From Escherichia coli (GTDB taxonomy: Bacteria > Pseudomonadota > Gammaproteobacteria > Enterobacterales > Enterobacteriaceae), in assembly GCF_013315695.1 (NCBI RefSeq), contig NZ_CP054353.1: a DNA stretch of 64,000 nt; one strand, 5' to 3'. Below are positions 34,409 through 44,635 of this stretch, one piece after another (within the stretch, counting starts at the first letter, position 1; each line of letters starts with the position of its first letter). Both the position numbers and the translations under genes were made by a program. The notes under the pieces were generated by a model. The model was given only the letters and a program-made list of their open reading frames with translations. It made no database searches and was not told the origin of the DNA.

Positions 34409-35410
34409 TTAACGCGCCAGGAATGCGCGCCAGTGGGCGGCGACTTCCGCCAGCTGAGCGCGCGAGACGTCAAGATGCGTCACCAGGCGGACAATCGGCG
34501 AGGCGTTAATCAGCACGTTTCTCGCTTTCATGTATTCGCCTAACGCGGCAGCATTTTCTTCCCCGACGCGAACAAACAGCATATTGGTGTCCTGACGCAT
34601 CACATCCGCGCCTGCTTCACGCAGCTGCTCCGCCATCCAGGCAGCGTTGTCGTGGTCTTCCTGCAAGCGCGCAACGTTATTTTTCAGGGCATATATTCCG
34701 GTGGCAGCCAGAATGCCGGACTGGCGCATCCCGCCACCTGTCATTTTCCGCCAGCGAATGGCACGTTTAATGTAATCACGATTACCGACGAGTAATGAAC
34801 CGACTGGCGTCCCAAGACCTTTCGACAGGCAAATGGTGAACGAATCACAATATTGTGTGATCTCTTTCAGTTCGCAGCCGTAAGCCACCACAGCATTAAA
34901 GATGCGCGCACCGTCCACATGCAGCGCCAGATTGCGCTCGCGGGTAAATTCCCATGCTTCTTTGAGGTATTCACGCGGCAGCACTTTGCCGTTGTGAGTG
35001 TTTTCCAGACTGAGTAATTTGGTGCGGGCGAAATGGATATCGTCGGGTTTGATTTTCATCGCCACTTTATCCAGCGGTAGCGTGCCGTCGGCAGCCGCGT
35101 CGATGGGTTGCGGTTGAATACTGCCCAGCACCGCCGCGCCACCGGCTTCAAACAGATAGTTATGCGCGGCCTGACCGACAATATACTCTTCGCCGCGTTC
35201 ACAGTGACTGAGCAGAGCGACCAGGTTGGCCTGAGTGCCGGTAGGCAGAAAAATGGCGGCTTCTTTACCGGAAAGCTCTGCTGCATAGTCCTGCAGAGCA
35301 TTAACGGTAGGGTCGTCTCCGTAAACGTCGTCCCCAACCGGGGCGGCCATCATCGCTTCGAGCATGGCGCGGCTCGGTCGGGTAACGGTATCACTGCGTA
35401 AATCAATCAT
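34409..35410 (-). CDS. ltaE: Low-specificity L-threonine aldolase
   Basis: 333-aa ORF starting [20 protein letters not shown]; PLP-dependent aldolase family. Confidence 0.92.
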   Translation of the reverse strand: MIDLRSDTVTRPSRAMLEAMMAAPVGDDVYGDDPTVNALQDYAAELSGKEAAIFLPTGTQANLVALLSHCERGEEYIVGQAAHNYLFEAGGAAVLGSIQPQPIDAAADGTLPLDKVAMKIKPDDIHFARTKLLSLENTHNGKVLPREYLKEAWEFTRERNLALHVDGARIFNAVVAYGCELKEITQYCDSFTICLSKGLGTPVGSLLVGNRDYIKRAIRWRKMTGGGMRQSGILAATGIYALKNNVARLQEDHDNAAWMAEQLREAGADVMRQDTNMLFVRVGEENAAALGEYMKARNVLINASPIVRLVTHLDVSRAQLAEVAAHWRAFLAR

Positions 35411-35446
35411 GGCATGTCCTTATTATGACGGGAAATGCCACCCTTT

Positions 35447-37165
35447 TTACCTTAGCCAGTTCGTTTTCGCCAGTTCGATCACTTCATCACCGCGTCCGCT
35501 GATGATTGCGCGCAACATATACAAGCTGAAACCTTTGGCCTGTTCGAGTTTGATCTGCGGTGGAATGGCTAATTCTTCTTTGGCTACTACCACATCCACC
35601 AACACCGGACCGTCGATGGAAAAGGCGCGTTGCAGGGCTTCATCGACTTCAGAGGCTTTTTCCACGCGAATACCCGTAATTCCGCACGCTTCGGCAATGC
35701 GGGCAAAGTTGGTGTCGTGCAGCTCAGTACCGTCTGTCAGGTAGCCTCCGGCTTTCATCTCCATCGCCACAAAGCCCAGCACGCTGTTATTAAAGACGAT
35801 AATTTTCACTGGCAATTTCATCTGCATTACTGAGAGGAAATCGCCCATCAACATACTGAAACCGCCATCGCCGCACATGGCGACCACCTGACGTTCCGGC
35901 TCGGTTGCCTGCGCACCCAGCGCCTGCGGCATGGCGTTAGCCATCGAACCGTGGTTAAACGAACCTAACAGACGACGCTTGCCGTTCATTTTCAGATAAC
36001 GTGCCGCCCACACCGTTGGCGTACCAACGTCACAGGTAAAGATGGCGTCATCGGCGGCAAAATGACTAATTTGCTGCGCCAGATATTGCGGGTGAATGGC
36101 TTTCTCGCTCGGTTTAGCTAAATCATCCAGCCCTTTGCGGGCGTCGCGGTAATCTTCCAGCGCTTTATCCAGAAACTTGCGATCGGTTTTTTCTTCCACC
36201 AGTGGCAGCAATGCCCGCAGGGTTGATTTGATATCGCCGACCAGTGCCATATCTACCTTGCTATGCGCGCCGATGCTGGCTGGGTTGATATCAATCTGAA
36301 TAATTTTGGCATCGGTCGGGTAGAACGCGCGGTAGGGAAATTGCGTGCCGAGCAGCACTAACGTATCGGCATTCATCATGGTATGGAAACCTGACGAGAA
36401 GCCGATTAATCCCGTCATTCCGACATCATACGGATTATCGTATTCGACATGCTCTTTACCGCGCAGGGCATGAACAATAGGCGCTTTAATTTTCCCGGCA
36501 AACTCAACTAACTCTTTATGCGCCCCCGCGCAGCCGCTGCCACACATCAGGGCGATATTGCTGGAATAACGCAGCAGTTGCGCCAGTTTGCGTAACTCTT
36601 CTTCTTCCGGCGTCACGACTGGTTGTGGCGCATTATACCAGTGGGTAGTTGCCCCTTCTGGTGCAGGTTTTAACGCCACGTCGCCCGGTAACACGACAAC
36701 GGAAACGCCACGGTTTAGCACTGCTTTGCGCATAGCAATTGCCAGCACTTGTGGGATCTGCTCTGGGCTGGAAACCAGCTCGCAATAGTGACTACATTCG
36801 CGGAATAGCTCTTGTGGGTGGGTTTCCTGGAAATAGCCGCTGCCAATTTCGCTGGAGGGAATATGAGCGGCAATCGCCAGTACCGGAACGTGATTGCGGT
36901 GGCAATCGAACAGGCCGTTGATTAAGTGCAGGTTGCCGGGGCCGCACGATCCGGCACAGACCGCCAGTTCTCCGCTAAGTTGTGCTTCAGCGCCAGCGGC
37001 AAACGCCGCCACTTCTTCATGCCGGGTGGACATCCACTCGATGGTGCCCATGCGATTAAGACTGTCACTAAGACCGTTCAGAGAGTCGCCCGTGACTCCC
37101 CAGATGCGTTTCACTCCTGCCGATTCGAGTGTTTTGGCGATATAAGCTGCAACCGTTTGTTTCAT
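35447..37165 (-). CDS. poxB: Pyruvate oxidase (ubiquinone-dependent) PoxB
   Basis: 572-aa ORF; ThDP/FAD enzyme starting [32 protein letters not shown]. Confidence 0.93.
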   Translation of the reverse strand: MKQTVAAYIAKTLESAGVKRIWGVTGDSLNGLSDSLNRMGTIEWMSTRHEEVAAFAAGAEAQLSGELAVCAGSCGPGNLHLINGLFDCHRNHVPVLAIAAHIPSSEIGSGYFQETHPQELFRECSHYCELVSSPEQIPQVLAIAMRKAVLNRGVSVVVLPGDVALKPAPEGATTHWYNAPQPVVTPEEEELRKLAQLLRYSSNIALMCGSGCAGAHKELVEFAGKIKAPIVHALRGKEHVEYDNPYDVGMTGLIGFSSGFHTMMNADTLVLLGTQFPYRAFYPTDAKIIQIDINPASIGAHSKVDMALVGDIKSTLRALLPLVEEKTDRKFLDKALEDYRDARKGLDDLAKPSEKAIHPQYLAQQISHFAADDAIFTCDVGTPTVWAARYLKMNGKRRLLGSFNHGSMANAMPQALGAQATEPERQVVAMCGDGGFSMLMGDFLSVMQMKLPVKIIVFNNSVLGFVAMEMKAGGYLTDGTELHDTNFARIAEACGITGIRVEKASEVDEALQRAFSIDGPVLVDVVVAKEELAIPPQIKLEQAKGFSLYMLRAIISGRGDEVIELAKTNWLR

Positions 37166-37297
37166 GGTTCTCCATCTCCTGAATGTGATAACGGTAACAA
37201 GTTTAGTTCATCTGACGGAGGGGGAAGGGATGGGAGAAAAAGGAGGCACTAACGGTTAAATAGCCCGATGAAAGGAATATCATCGGGCATAAGGCGA

Positions 37298-38266
37298 TTA
37301 TGCGAGAACCAAATCCCCCTGCGGATGGCAGGAGCAGGCCAGTACGTAACCTTCAGCGATTTCGGCGTCGGTCAGCGTCATTGTGCTGCTCACCGTATAT
37401 TCACCGGAAACCACTTTCGTCTTACAGCAGCCGCAAACACCTGCGCGGCAGGCGGCGACAACCGGAACGTTATTGCTTTCCAGCGCCTCCAGTAGCGTGG
37501 TGCCAACCGGGGCGTAAAATTCTCGTGCCGGTTGCAGTTTGGTGAATTTCAGACCGCTGATCGCCGCTTCCGCTACTGGGGTGAAGAATTTCTCTTTAAA
37601 GAAACGCGTCACGCCGAGCGCTTTCACTTCCTGCTCTACCCAATCCATATATGGAGCAGGGCCACAGGTCATCACGGTACGTGAGGCTAAATCAGGGACA
37701 CCTGCCAGCAGTTCGCGAGTGAGACGACCAGCGATAAAGCCTTCGGTAACGTTATTTTCCGCCACCAGCGTTACCGGATAGTTACGCCACTCATCGGCGA
37801 AAATCACATCCTGCGGCGTACGCACGTTGTAGATCACCTGCACATCGGCCTGTGGACGGTTCTTCGCCAGCCAGCGACGCATCGACATAATCGGCGTAAC
37901 GCCGCAGCCTGCCGCCAGCAACAGGAATTTATCTTCTGCTTTATCGTCGCAGGTAAATTCCCCCATCGCGTCCGAAAGCCAGAGATAATCACCGCGTTTT
38001 ACATCGCGCGTCAGCCACTGGGAGCCGACACCGTCATCAATCCGCCGCACAGTCAGGGTGATGTATTCACTCACGCCTGGCGTGGAGGAAATGGTGTAAG
38101 CACGCAGCGTTTCCGCTGAGTTACGCACGCTGACCAGTGCATATTGCCCGGCGCGATATGGGTAGTAATCGTGGCAAATCAGGGAAATCGTCCACACATC
38201 CGGCGTTTCTTGCGTAATGTGATGAACCTGCATCCGCCACGGGCATTGATTCGTTGGCATCGTCAT
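37298..38266 (-). CDS. hcr: NADH oxidoreductase for hybrid-cluster protein (Hcr)
   Basis: About 322 aa; FNR-like FAD/NAD domain plus C-terminal 2Fe-2S ferredoxin Cys cluster (CRAGVCGCCK); directly downstream of hcp. Confidence 0.9.
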   Translation of the reverse strand: MTMPTNQCPWRMQVHHITQETPDVWTISLICHDYYPYRAGQYALVSVRNSAETLRAYTISSTPGVSEYITLTVRRIDDGVGSQWLTRDVKRGDYLWLSDAMGEFTCDDKAEDKFLLLAAGCGVTPIMSMRRWLAKNRPQADVQVIYNVRTPQDVIFADEWRNYPVTLVAENNVTEGFIAGRLTRELLAGVPDLASRTVMTCGPAPYMDWVEQEVKALGVTRFFKEKFFTPVAEAAISGLKFTKLQPAREFYAPVGTTLLEALESNNVPVVAACRAGVCGCCKTKVVSGEYTVSSTMTLTDAEIAEGYVLACSCHPQGDLVLA

Positions 38267-38277
38267 CGACAAACTCC

Positions 38278-39930
38278 TTACGCGCTCAACAGTTGCTTCA
38301 TGTCTTCTTCAACAGTGGTGATAGAACGCAGGCCGAATTTCTCGTTCAGCACCGCCAGCAGGTCTGGTGTCAGGAAACCAGGTGCAGTCGGGCCGGTGAC
38401 GATATTTTTCACACCCAGAGAAAGCAGCGTCAGCAGAATGACAATCGCTTTCTGTTCAAACCAGGAGAGCACCAGCGACAGCGGCAGATCGTTGACTCCG
38501 CAGCCCAGTTTCTCTGCCAGCGTTACCGCCAGAATAATTGCTGAGTAAGCATCGTTACACTGACCAGCATCTACCAGACGCGGCAGACCTTCGATATCGC
38601 CAAACTCAAGTTTATTAAAGCGATATTTACCGCAAGCGAGGGTCAGGATCAGGCAGTCATCCGGCACGCTGGTGGCGAAATCGGTGAAGTAGTGACGCTC
38701 GCCGCGTGCGCCGTCACAGCCGCCAAGCAGGAAGATATGACGCAGTTTTTCACGGCTCACCAGATCAATCAGCGTATCGGCTGCGCCAAGCAGTGTCTGG
38801 CGACCAAAGCCCACGGTGATCAGGTGCGGAATTTCGCTGTACGGGAAGCCCGCCATCTGTTGCGCCTGGGCAATGACCGCAGAGAAATCTTCGCCATCCA
38901 GATGACGCACACCCGGCCAGCCAACGATGCTGCGGGTCCAGATACGATCGTCATAAGCGCCTACGGTTGGGTCGATGATGCAGTTTGAGGTCATCACGAT
39001 GGGGCCAGGGAAACGAGCGAACTCCACTTGCTGATTCTGCCAGCCGCTGCCGTAGTTACCGACCAGATGCTTGAATTTACGCAGCTCCGGGTAACCATGC
39101 GCAGGCAGCATTTCGCCGTGGGTGTAGACATTAACGCCCGTGCCTTCTGTCTGTTCCAGCAGGTTGTAGAGATCTTTGAGATCGTGACCGGAAATCAGAA
39201 TGCATTTACCCGCCGTCGCTTTGACGTTGACCTGGGTTGGCGTCGGGTGACCGTATTTACTGGTTTCGCCTGCATCCAGAATGCTCATCACTTTGAAGTT
39301 CATCTGGCCGATTTCCATTGAACACTCAAGAAGCGCGTTCATATCGGCAGGCCAGGTCCCCAGCCACGCCATGATTTTATGGTACTGGGCATAAATATCA
39401 TTGTCGTATTGACCGAGAACGTGTGCGTGTTCCATATAGGCCGCCGCACCTTTCAGGCCATACAGGCACAGCAGACGCAGGCCGAGAATGTTTTCGCCAA
39501 TCGCCGCTTTATCTTTGTTAGGGGTAAATTCTGCTGCCTGACGTTGCAGCTCGCCGAGATCGTCGCTCACCAGTTGCAGGTCAGCCATCGGGTTATCGAC
39601 GCGGGCGTTGGCATCTACAGCCAGGCAGTGTGCTTTCAGCGCCTCGCGCAGGGCAATCGCTTCACGAGCGTAGCCGACAATACGCGGAGAATCGAAGTTA
39701 ACGTTGGTCAGGGTTGAGAAAAAGGCACGTGGCGCAAAGCTGTCTACATCGTGGTTGATGATGCCGTATTCACGCGCTTTTACCGCCCAGGCCGAAAGCC
39801 CTTGCAGCGCCGCGATGAGTAAATCCTGAAGGTCAGAGGTTTCCGCCGTTTTACCACACATCCCCTGCGCGTATGAGCAGCCGTTTCCTGCCGGAGTACG
39901 GATAGTTTGTTCACATTGCACACAAAACAT
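38278..39930 (-). CDS. hcp: Hybrid-cluster protein (hydroxylamine reductase) Hcp
   Basis: 550-aa product starting [20 protein letters not shown] with N-terminal Cys cluster. Confidence 0.93.
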   Translation of the reverse strand: MFCVQCEQTIRTPAGNGCSYAQGMCGKTAETSDLQDLLIAALQGLSAWAVKAREYGIINHDVDSFAPRAFFSTLTNVNFDSPRIVGYAREAIALREALKAHCLAVDANARVDNPMADLQLVSDDLGELQRQAAEFTPNKDKAAIGENILGLRLLCLYGLKGAAAYMEHAHVLGQYDNDIYAQYHKIMAWLGTWPADMNALLECSMEIGQMNFKVMSILDAGETSKYGHPTPTQVNVKATAGKCILISGHDLKDLYNLLEQTEGTGVNVYTHGEMLPAHGYPELRKFKHLVGNYGSGWQNQQVEFARFPGPIVMTSNCIIDPTVGAYDDRIWTRSIVGWPGVRHLDGEDFSAVIAQAQQMAGFPYSEIPHLITVGFGRQTLLGAADTLIDLVSREKLRHIFLLGGCDGARGERHYFTDFATSVPDDCLILTLACGKYRFNKLEFGDIEGLPRLVDAGQCNDAYSAIILAVTLAEKLGCGVNDLPLSLVLSWFEQKAIVILLTLLSLGVKNIVTGPTAPGFLTPDLLAVLNEKFGLRSITTVEEDMKQLLSA

Positions 39931-40026
39931 GATCACACCTTTTAAAGTTATATTTAATATACATGTTTAAGGTTAAGACGCTTAACGCGGGGATAAAAGG
40001 GATTTTTCATGCAACTTTAAGGGAGA

Positions 40027-40040
40027 TTGATTTAGCGCAA
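40027..40040 (-). promoter_or_regulatory. Candidate FNR site in hcp-hcr promoter
   Basis: TTGAT-N4-GCAA near-consensus FNR box (ttgatttagcgcaa) upstream of hcp; hcp is known to be FNR-activated. Confidence 0.3.
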
Positions 40041-40073
40041 TTTTGGCGGCAGGGATCTACCGCCAGAGAGGTA

Positions 40074-40973
40074 TTACGCGGAAAAAAAGGCGATGAGGAT
40101 CGGCACTAACAGGCTGAGAATAAAACCGTGAACAATCGCCGCCGGGACCATATCCAGCCCGCCAGTACGTTGAAGAACGGGCAGGGTGAAATCCATCGAC
40201 GTCGCACCGCATAAGCCCAGTGCAGTAGAGCGGCTACGGCGAATCAGCCCAGGGATTAACATAATAGCAATCAGCTCACGGGCCAGATCATTAAAAAACG
40301 CCGCGCTCCCGATTACTGGACCAAAAGATTCGGTCAATAAAATACCGGAAAGAGAATACCAGCCGAAACCGGAGGCCATTGCCAGCGCGGTATTGATGGG
40401 AAGATCAAGAATAAAGGCGTTAATTAAACCACCAATTAATGAACTGGCAACCACCACCACGGCGACAATCATTCCCCGGCGATTAAGGACAATCTGCTTT
40501 AAGGTCATGCCATTATTGCGCAACTGAATACCGACGAGGAAAAGTAGCAGAATTAAGGTGTATTCACTGGCTTTGGTCGCGTGTTGTAAGAAAGCCAGTC
40601 CACTCAGACCAATGGCAAAACCAATCACTACTACGCCGCACAGTTTTAGCGACTCCAGTGCCATCGCAATACGCGACGGGAGTTTTTCTTGATGATGGTG
40701 GTTGCGCCATGGCAGGCCGCGCTCCAGCCACAACAACGCAATAATATTGCAGAGTAAAATAATGGTAATGCTGACGGAGGAATAATGCAGAATCGCCAAC
40801 AGGTTACTGGCGAGGTTATCGAGAAACGCCAGACTGATACCCATAAAAAAGAGAATGAGGTAAACCATCCAACTTAATAGCTGATTAATAACTCTTAATG
40901 CAGCTTTTTGGCGAAGCGGAATGAGGTAACCCACAATCAGGGGAACCAGAATGATTAACAGCCCAGAAAACAT
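40074..40973 (-). CDS. lysO: Lysine exporter LysO (YbjE)
   Basis: 299-aa product from internal ATG (MFSGLLIILVPLIVGYL...); multi-TMS; last K-12-collinear gene before the IS. Confidence 0.88.
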   Translation of the reverse strand: MFSGLLIILVPLIVGYLIPLRQKAALRVINQLLSWMVYLILFFMGISLAFLDNLASNLLAILHYSSVSITIILLCNIIALLWLERGLPWRNHHHQEKLPSRIAMALESLKLCGVVVIGFAIGLSGLAFLQHATKASEYTLILLLFLVGIQLRNNGMTLKQIVLNRRGMIVAVVVVASSLIGGLINAFILDLPINTALAMASGFGWYSLSGILLTESFGPVIGSAAFFNDLARELIAIMLIPGLIRRSRSTALGLCGATSMDFTLPVLQRTGGLDMVPAAIVHGFILSLLVPILIAFFSA

Positions 40974-41312
40974 GAAAACCCAGTCCTTGCAAAGATGAAG
41001 TCGAAATGCGCGATGACACACTACTGAAAGCGGAAGGACGAGTAAAGTTGCAATTAAAAGGAAATGTTATGCAAAAGGAGCAGTAGAGTATTCGTTTTCA
41101 TTTAAAGATGTTCTTGCGCTTTAATTACAAACCGCACCGGTGTTGGTGGCGTCAAAATCGCTGAAGCGTTCCCCGAAGGCCGGGGCAGCCCACATGGATG
41201 TGGGCTGAGGGCGCGTCTTACAAGGATAATGAGATGGACGCTCCAGATTTTACGGTATCAAAGTACCAGACTGGATCGTTGCAATACGTCCTGAAAAATT
41301 AGGGGCGTCCAC

Positions 41313-42338
41313 ATGAAAGTATCAACTCTTGGTATCGACCTGGCAAAGAACGTTTTTCAGCTTCATGGTGTCGATCATGAAGGCCATACTATTTTGCGTA
41401 AAAAGCTCACCCGGGCTAAGTTTGTTCAGTTTGTGATTCAACTGGAACCTTGTCTGATTGGCATGGAAGCCTGCTCATCCAGTCATTATTTTGCGCGATT
41501 ATTCACCCGCTATGGTCATGAGGTAAAACTCATACCTCCGCAGTATGTGAAGCCTTATGTGAAAACGAACAAGACGGATGCAGCAGATGCTGAAGCAATC
41601 TGCGAAGCGGTAACCCGTCCGAATATGCGTTTTGTTCAGATAAAAACCGAAGAGCAGCAGGCCGTTTTAGCGTTACACACTGAACGGGGAATACTTATCC
41701 GTGAGCGGATTGCCTGTGCCAATAGTTTAAGAGCCACACTTGCTGAGTTTGGTATTACGATTGCGGCCGGACAAAGCCATTTAACACGTGAGCTGCCAGC
41801 CATTCTGGAGGATGGCGAAAATGGTTTATCTCCCTTTGTCAGAACCAGCATCTACAGACAGTCTAAACATATCCGGGAACTTGAAGAACAAGTTAAACAG
41901 GTAGAAGAAGCTCTGGCCTCCTGGTATAGAACGCAGGAAGCCTGCCAGAGAATGGCCAAGATCCCGGGGGTTGGCATGCTAACGGCCACTTATGTGGTAG
42001 CAGCAGTGGGTAATGCCCGACAATTCAGTACCGCAAAGCAGTTCGCTTCATGGCTGGGGCTGACACCAAAGGAACATTCCAGCGGCGGGAAACAGCAACT
42101 GGGAGGGATCAGCAAACGTGGAGATGGATATTTCCGATACCTGCTGGTTCACGGCGCACGCGCACTTACCGCCTGGGTCAACCGAAACGGCGCGGTTGAG
42201 GAGAATTCCTGGCTTCAGGGACTCCTTGAGCGGAAGCACTACAATGTAGCTGTTGTCGCCATGGCGGCAAAAACAGCGAGGATCATGTGGTCAATGTTGT
42301 CACACAATACTGAATATCAACCTCGGCAGCTCGCCTGA
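41313..42338 (+). CDS. IS110-family transposase/recombinase (RuvC-like DEDD N-domain plus C-terminal Tnp domain)
   Basis: 341-aa ORF starting MKVSTLGIDLAKNVFQLHGVD with conserved acidic residues (GIDLAKN, GMEACSS); typical IS110/IS1111 recombinase length and architecture; agggg SD upstream. Confidence 0.85.
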   Translation: MKVSTLGIDLAKNVFQLHGVDHEGHTILRKKLTRAKFVQFVIQLEPCLIGMEACSSSHYFARLFTRYGHEVKLIPPQYVKPYVKTNKTDAADAEAICEAVTRPNMRFVQIKTEEQQAVLALHTERGILIRERIACANSLRATLAEFGITIAAGQSHLTRELPAILEDGENGLSPFVRTSIYRQSKHIRELEEQVKQVEEALASWYRTQEACQRMAKIPGVGMLTATYVVAAVGNARQFSTAKQFASWLGLTPKEHSSGGKQQLGGISKRGDGYFRYLLVHGARALTAWVNRNGAVEENSWLQGLLERKHYNVAVVAMAAKTARIMWSMLSHNTEYQPRQLA

Positions 42339-42384
42339 CACAAGGTCAGTCAATCTGACGAGGTGCTGAAAAAAAGTTAACGTC

Positions 42385-42565
42385 CTGGTAGGTGCAGGTG
42401 ACTTCAGAAGATGGCAAAACAGGTAAGACCGCAGGCAGGATACACCGAGAGGTAACAAGGGCAAGTTAGCCCGTAGAGGATGATTGGTACCTGCCTGGCG
42501 GATTTCATCATGGTTCGGGATAAAAATCCCATCAGAAACCGGATATATGGCTGCACCTACCCGTT
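42385..42565 (+). ncRNA. Candidate structured RNA in IS110 right flank (possible bridge/guide RNA); strand and ends unverified
   Basis: Perfect 10-bp inverted repeat gtaggtgcag (42388-42397) / ctgcacctac (42551-42560) enclosing a nested ccgcaggcagg (42429-42439) / cctgcctggcgg (42490-42501) pair and a ggga-taaaaa-tccc hairpin; no convincing coding potential. Confidence 0.2.
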
Positions 42566-42839
42566 TTATTACATAACTGAAGAAAGCATTGCATTCCGGG
42601 AGCGTCCATATATGTTACCTCGCGCCCGACCCGGTAGCCGTAAGGGATAAGCCGAGGGCACCGCGCAGCGGCGATTTTGTTCGCCAGAGCCCGGGGGTGC
42701 AGGGGGCGGCGGCGATTGGCCGCCCCCTGCGCGCTCCTTGCGCCAGTGATTATATGAAGCAATGCACATGACAGGAGCGCAACAGGATGAGAGACTGAAC
42801 TATTCTCGTTATTTTCGGACCTGATGACATTAATTAATT

Positions 42840-42923
42840 TTAAAATATCATCTTAAATACGCCAGTCACCACCAGTAGCCCAATCAGGAAAATAATCAAT
42901 ACAGCCCAGAGTATAATTTTCAT
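42840..42923 (-). CDS. yohP: Small membrane protein YohP (27 aa)
   Basis: Manual translation MKIILWAVLIIFLIGLLVVTGVFKMIF; below the ORF-track length cutoff; adjacent to mdtQ as in K-12. Confidence 0.8.
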   Translation of the reverse strand: MKIILWAVLIIFLIGLLVVTGVFKMIF

Positions 42924-43146
42924 TGGCGTTCCTTTATTTGTGAGTGCTGAATAAGTATAGGAAAAAACGAAGCCCTTTGCCGCTATTCATAAACGATTAA
43001 GATAAATCGGAAGATATCATTCGCTTAGTGTATATTTTTCTGGATATGTCGTTTTATTGCCACTGATGTATTGCCACGCGAAACTAAAAAATATATCGCA
43101 ACACACGGTAATCTCCGCGCACCTTTTCTTACCTGATTATTCCCCC

Positions 43147-44583
43147 ATGAATCGTGATTCTTTTTATCCAGCCATCGCCTGTTTTCCGCTGTTACTGATG
43201 CTAGCCGGGTGTGCGCCTATGCATGAAACCCGCCAGGCGTTAAGCCAGCAAACACCCGCGGCACAAGTTGACACCGCATTACCCACGGCGCTGAAAAATG
43301 GTTGGCCAGACAGCCAATGGTGGCTGGAGTATCACGATAATCAACTCACCTCATTAATTAATAACGCACTACAGAACGCACCGGATATGCAGGTGGCTGA
43401 ACAGCGCATTCAGCTGGCTGAAGCCCAGGCGAAGGCAGTTGCCACTCAGGATGGTCCACAGCTCGACTTTTCTGCGGATATGGAGCGGCAAAAAATGTCG
43501 GCAGAAGGGTTAATGGGGCCGTTTGCTTTGAACGATCCTGCCGCAGGTACGACCGGTCCGTGGTACACCAACGATACTTTTGGCTTAACGGCGGGCTGGC
43601 ATCTCGATATCTGGGGAAAGACTCGGGCGGAGGTTACTGCTCGCCTCGGTACGGTTAAAGCACGGGCGGCGGAACGCGAGCAAACCCGCCAATTGCTGGC
43701 TGGCAGCGTAGCCCGCCTGTACTGGGAGTGGCAAACCCAGGCGGCGTTAAACACGGTCTTACAGCAAATCGAAAAAGAGCAGAACACCATTATCGCCACC
43801 GATCGCCAGCTATATCAGAACGGGATTACTTCTGCAGTTGAAGGTGTGGAAACCGATATTAATGCCAGCAAAACCCGGCAGCAGCTCAACGATGTCGCGG
43901 GGAAAATGAAAATTATTGAGGCACGGTTAAGTGCGCTCACCAACCACCAGACAAAGTCATTGAAGCTTAAACCGGTCGCGTTGCCGAAAGTGGCAAGTCA
44001 GCTTCCTGATGAACTCGGGTACTCCTTACTGGCCCGGCGGGCAGATTTGCAGGCGGCGCACTGGTACGTTGAGTCATCGTTAAGCACTATTGATGCGGCA
44101 AAAGCGGCATTTTATCCTGACATCAACCTGATGGCCTTTCTGCAACAGGATGCGTTGCACTTAAGCGATCTGTTCCGTCATTCCGCGCAGCAAATGGGCG
44201 TTACGGCAGGCCTGACGCTACCCATTTTCGATAGTGGTCGTCTTAACGCCAATCTCGATATCGCAAAAGCCGAAAGCAACTTGTCTATCGCCAGCTACAA
44301 CAAAGCGGTGGTTGAAGCGGTAAATGACGTGGCGCGGGCGGCCAGCCAGGTTCAGACACTGGCGGAGAAAAACCAGCATCAGGCGCAAATTGAGCACGAT
44401 GCCTTGCGTGTGGTAGGTCTTGCGCAGGCGCGCTTTAACGCGGGCATCATTGCTGGTTCCCGCGTCAGCGAAGCCAGAATCCCCGCGCTGCGTGAGCGGG
44501 CCAATGGCCTGTTATTGCAAGGGCAGTGGCTGGATGCCTCCATTCAACTCACCGGTGCGCTGGGCGGGGGTTACAAACGCTGA
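43147..44583 (+). CDS. mdtQ: Outer-membrane efflux lipoprotein (NodT/OMF family) MdtQ (YohG), apparently intact
   Basis: 478-aa product from internal ATG (MNRDSFYPAIACFPLLLMLAGCAP..., lipobox LAGC); uninterrupted reading frame, unlike the K-12 pseudogene. Confidence 0.85.
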   Translation: MNRDSFYPAIACFPLLLMLAGCAPMHETRQALSQQTPAAQVDTALPTALKNGWPDSQWWLEYHDNQLTSLINNALQNAPDMQVAEQRIQLAEAQAKAVATQDGPQLDFSADMERQKMSAEGLMGPFALNDPAAGTTGPWYTNDTFGLTAGWHLDIWGKTRAEVTARLGTVKARAAEREQTRQLLAGSVARLYWEWQTQAALNTVLQQIEKEQNTIIATDRQLYQNGITSAVEGVETDINASKTRQQLNDVAGKMKIIEARLSALTNHQTKSLKLKPVALPKVASQLPDELGYSLLARRADLQAAHWYVESSLSTIDAAKAAFYPDINLMAFLQQDALHLSDLFRHSAQQMGVTAGLTLPIFDSGRLNANLDIAKAESNLSIASYNKAVVEAVNDVARAASQVQTLAEKNQHQAQIEHDALRVVGLAQARFNAGIIAGSRVSEARIPALRERANGLLLQGQWLDASIQLTGALGGGYKR

Positions 44584-44635
44584 TGATATGCGCCTTCTAT
44601 ACTTAACATTTATTCAGCGTTAAGTGGAGAACTCG

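Larger units (their letters stand above)
41030..42600 (+). mobile_element. IS110-family insertion sequence (boundaries approximate)
   Basis: Single DEDD-recombinase ORF flanked by non-coding sequence with stem-loops; sits exactly at the loss of K-12 synteny (ybjE on the left, yohP on the right). Ends could not be defined by inspection, as expected for a family lacking terminal inverted repeats. Confidence 0.6.

Noticed and set aside
41313-42338. Naming the IS specifically (for example IS621)
   Set aside because: I cannot verify sequence identity to any named element from memory; only the family-level call is supported.
42532-42771. Three overlapping ORFs (60-76 aa) on both strands in the GC-rich block right of the IS
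   Set aside because: Mutually overlapping, Pro/Arg/Gly-rich, no RBS; consistent with an open frame arising by chance in GC-rich palindromic DNA.
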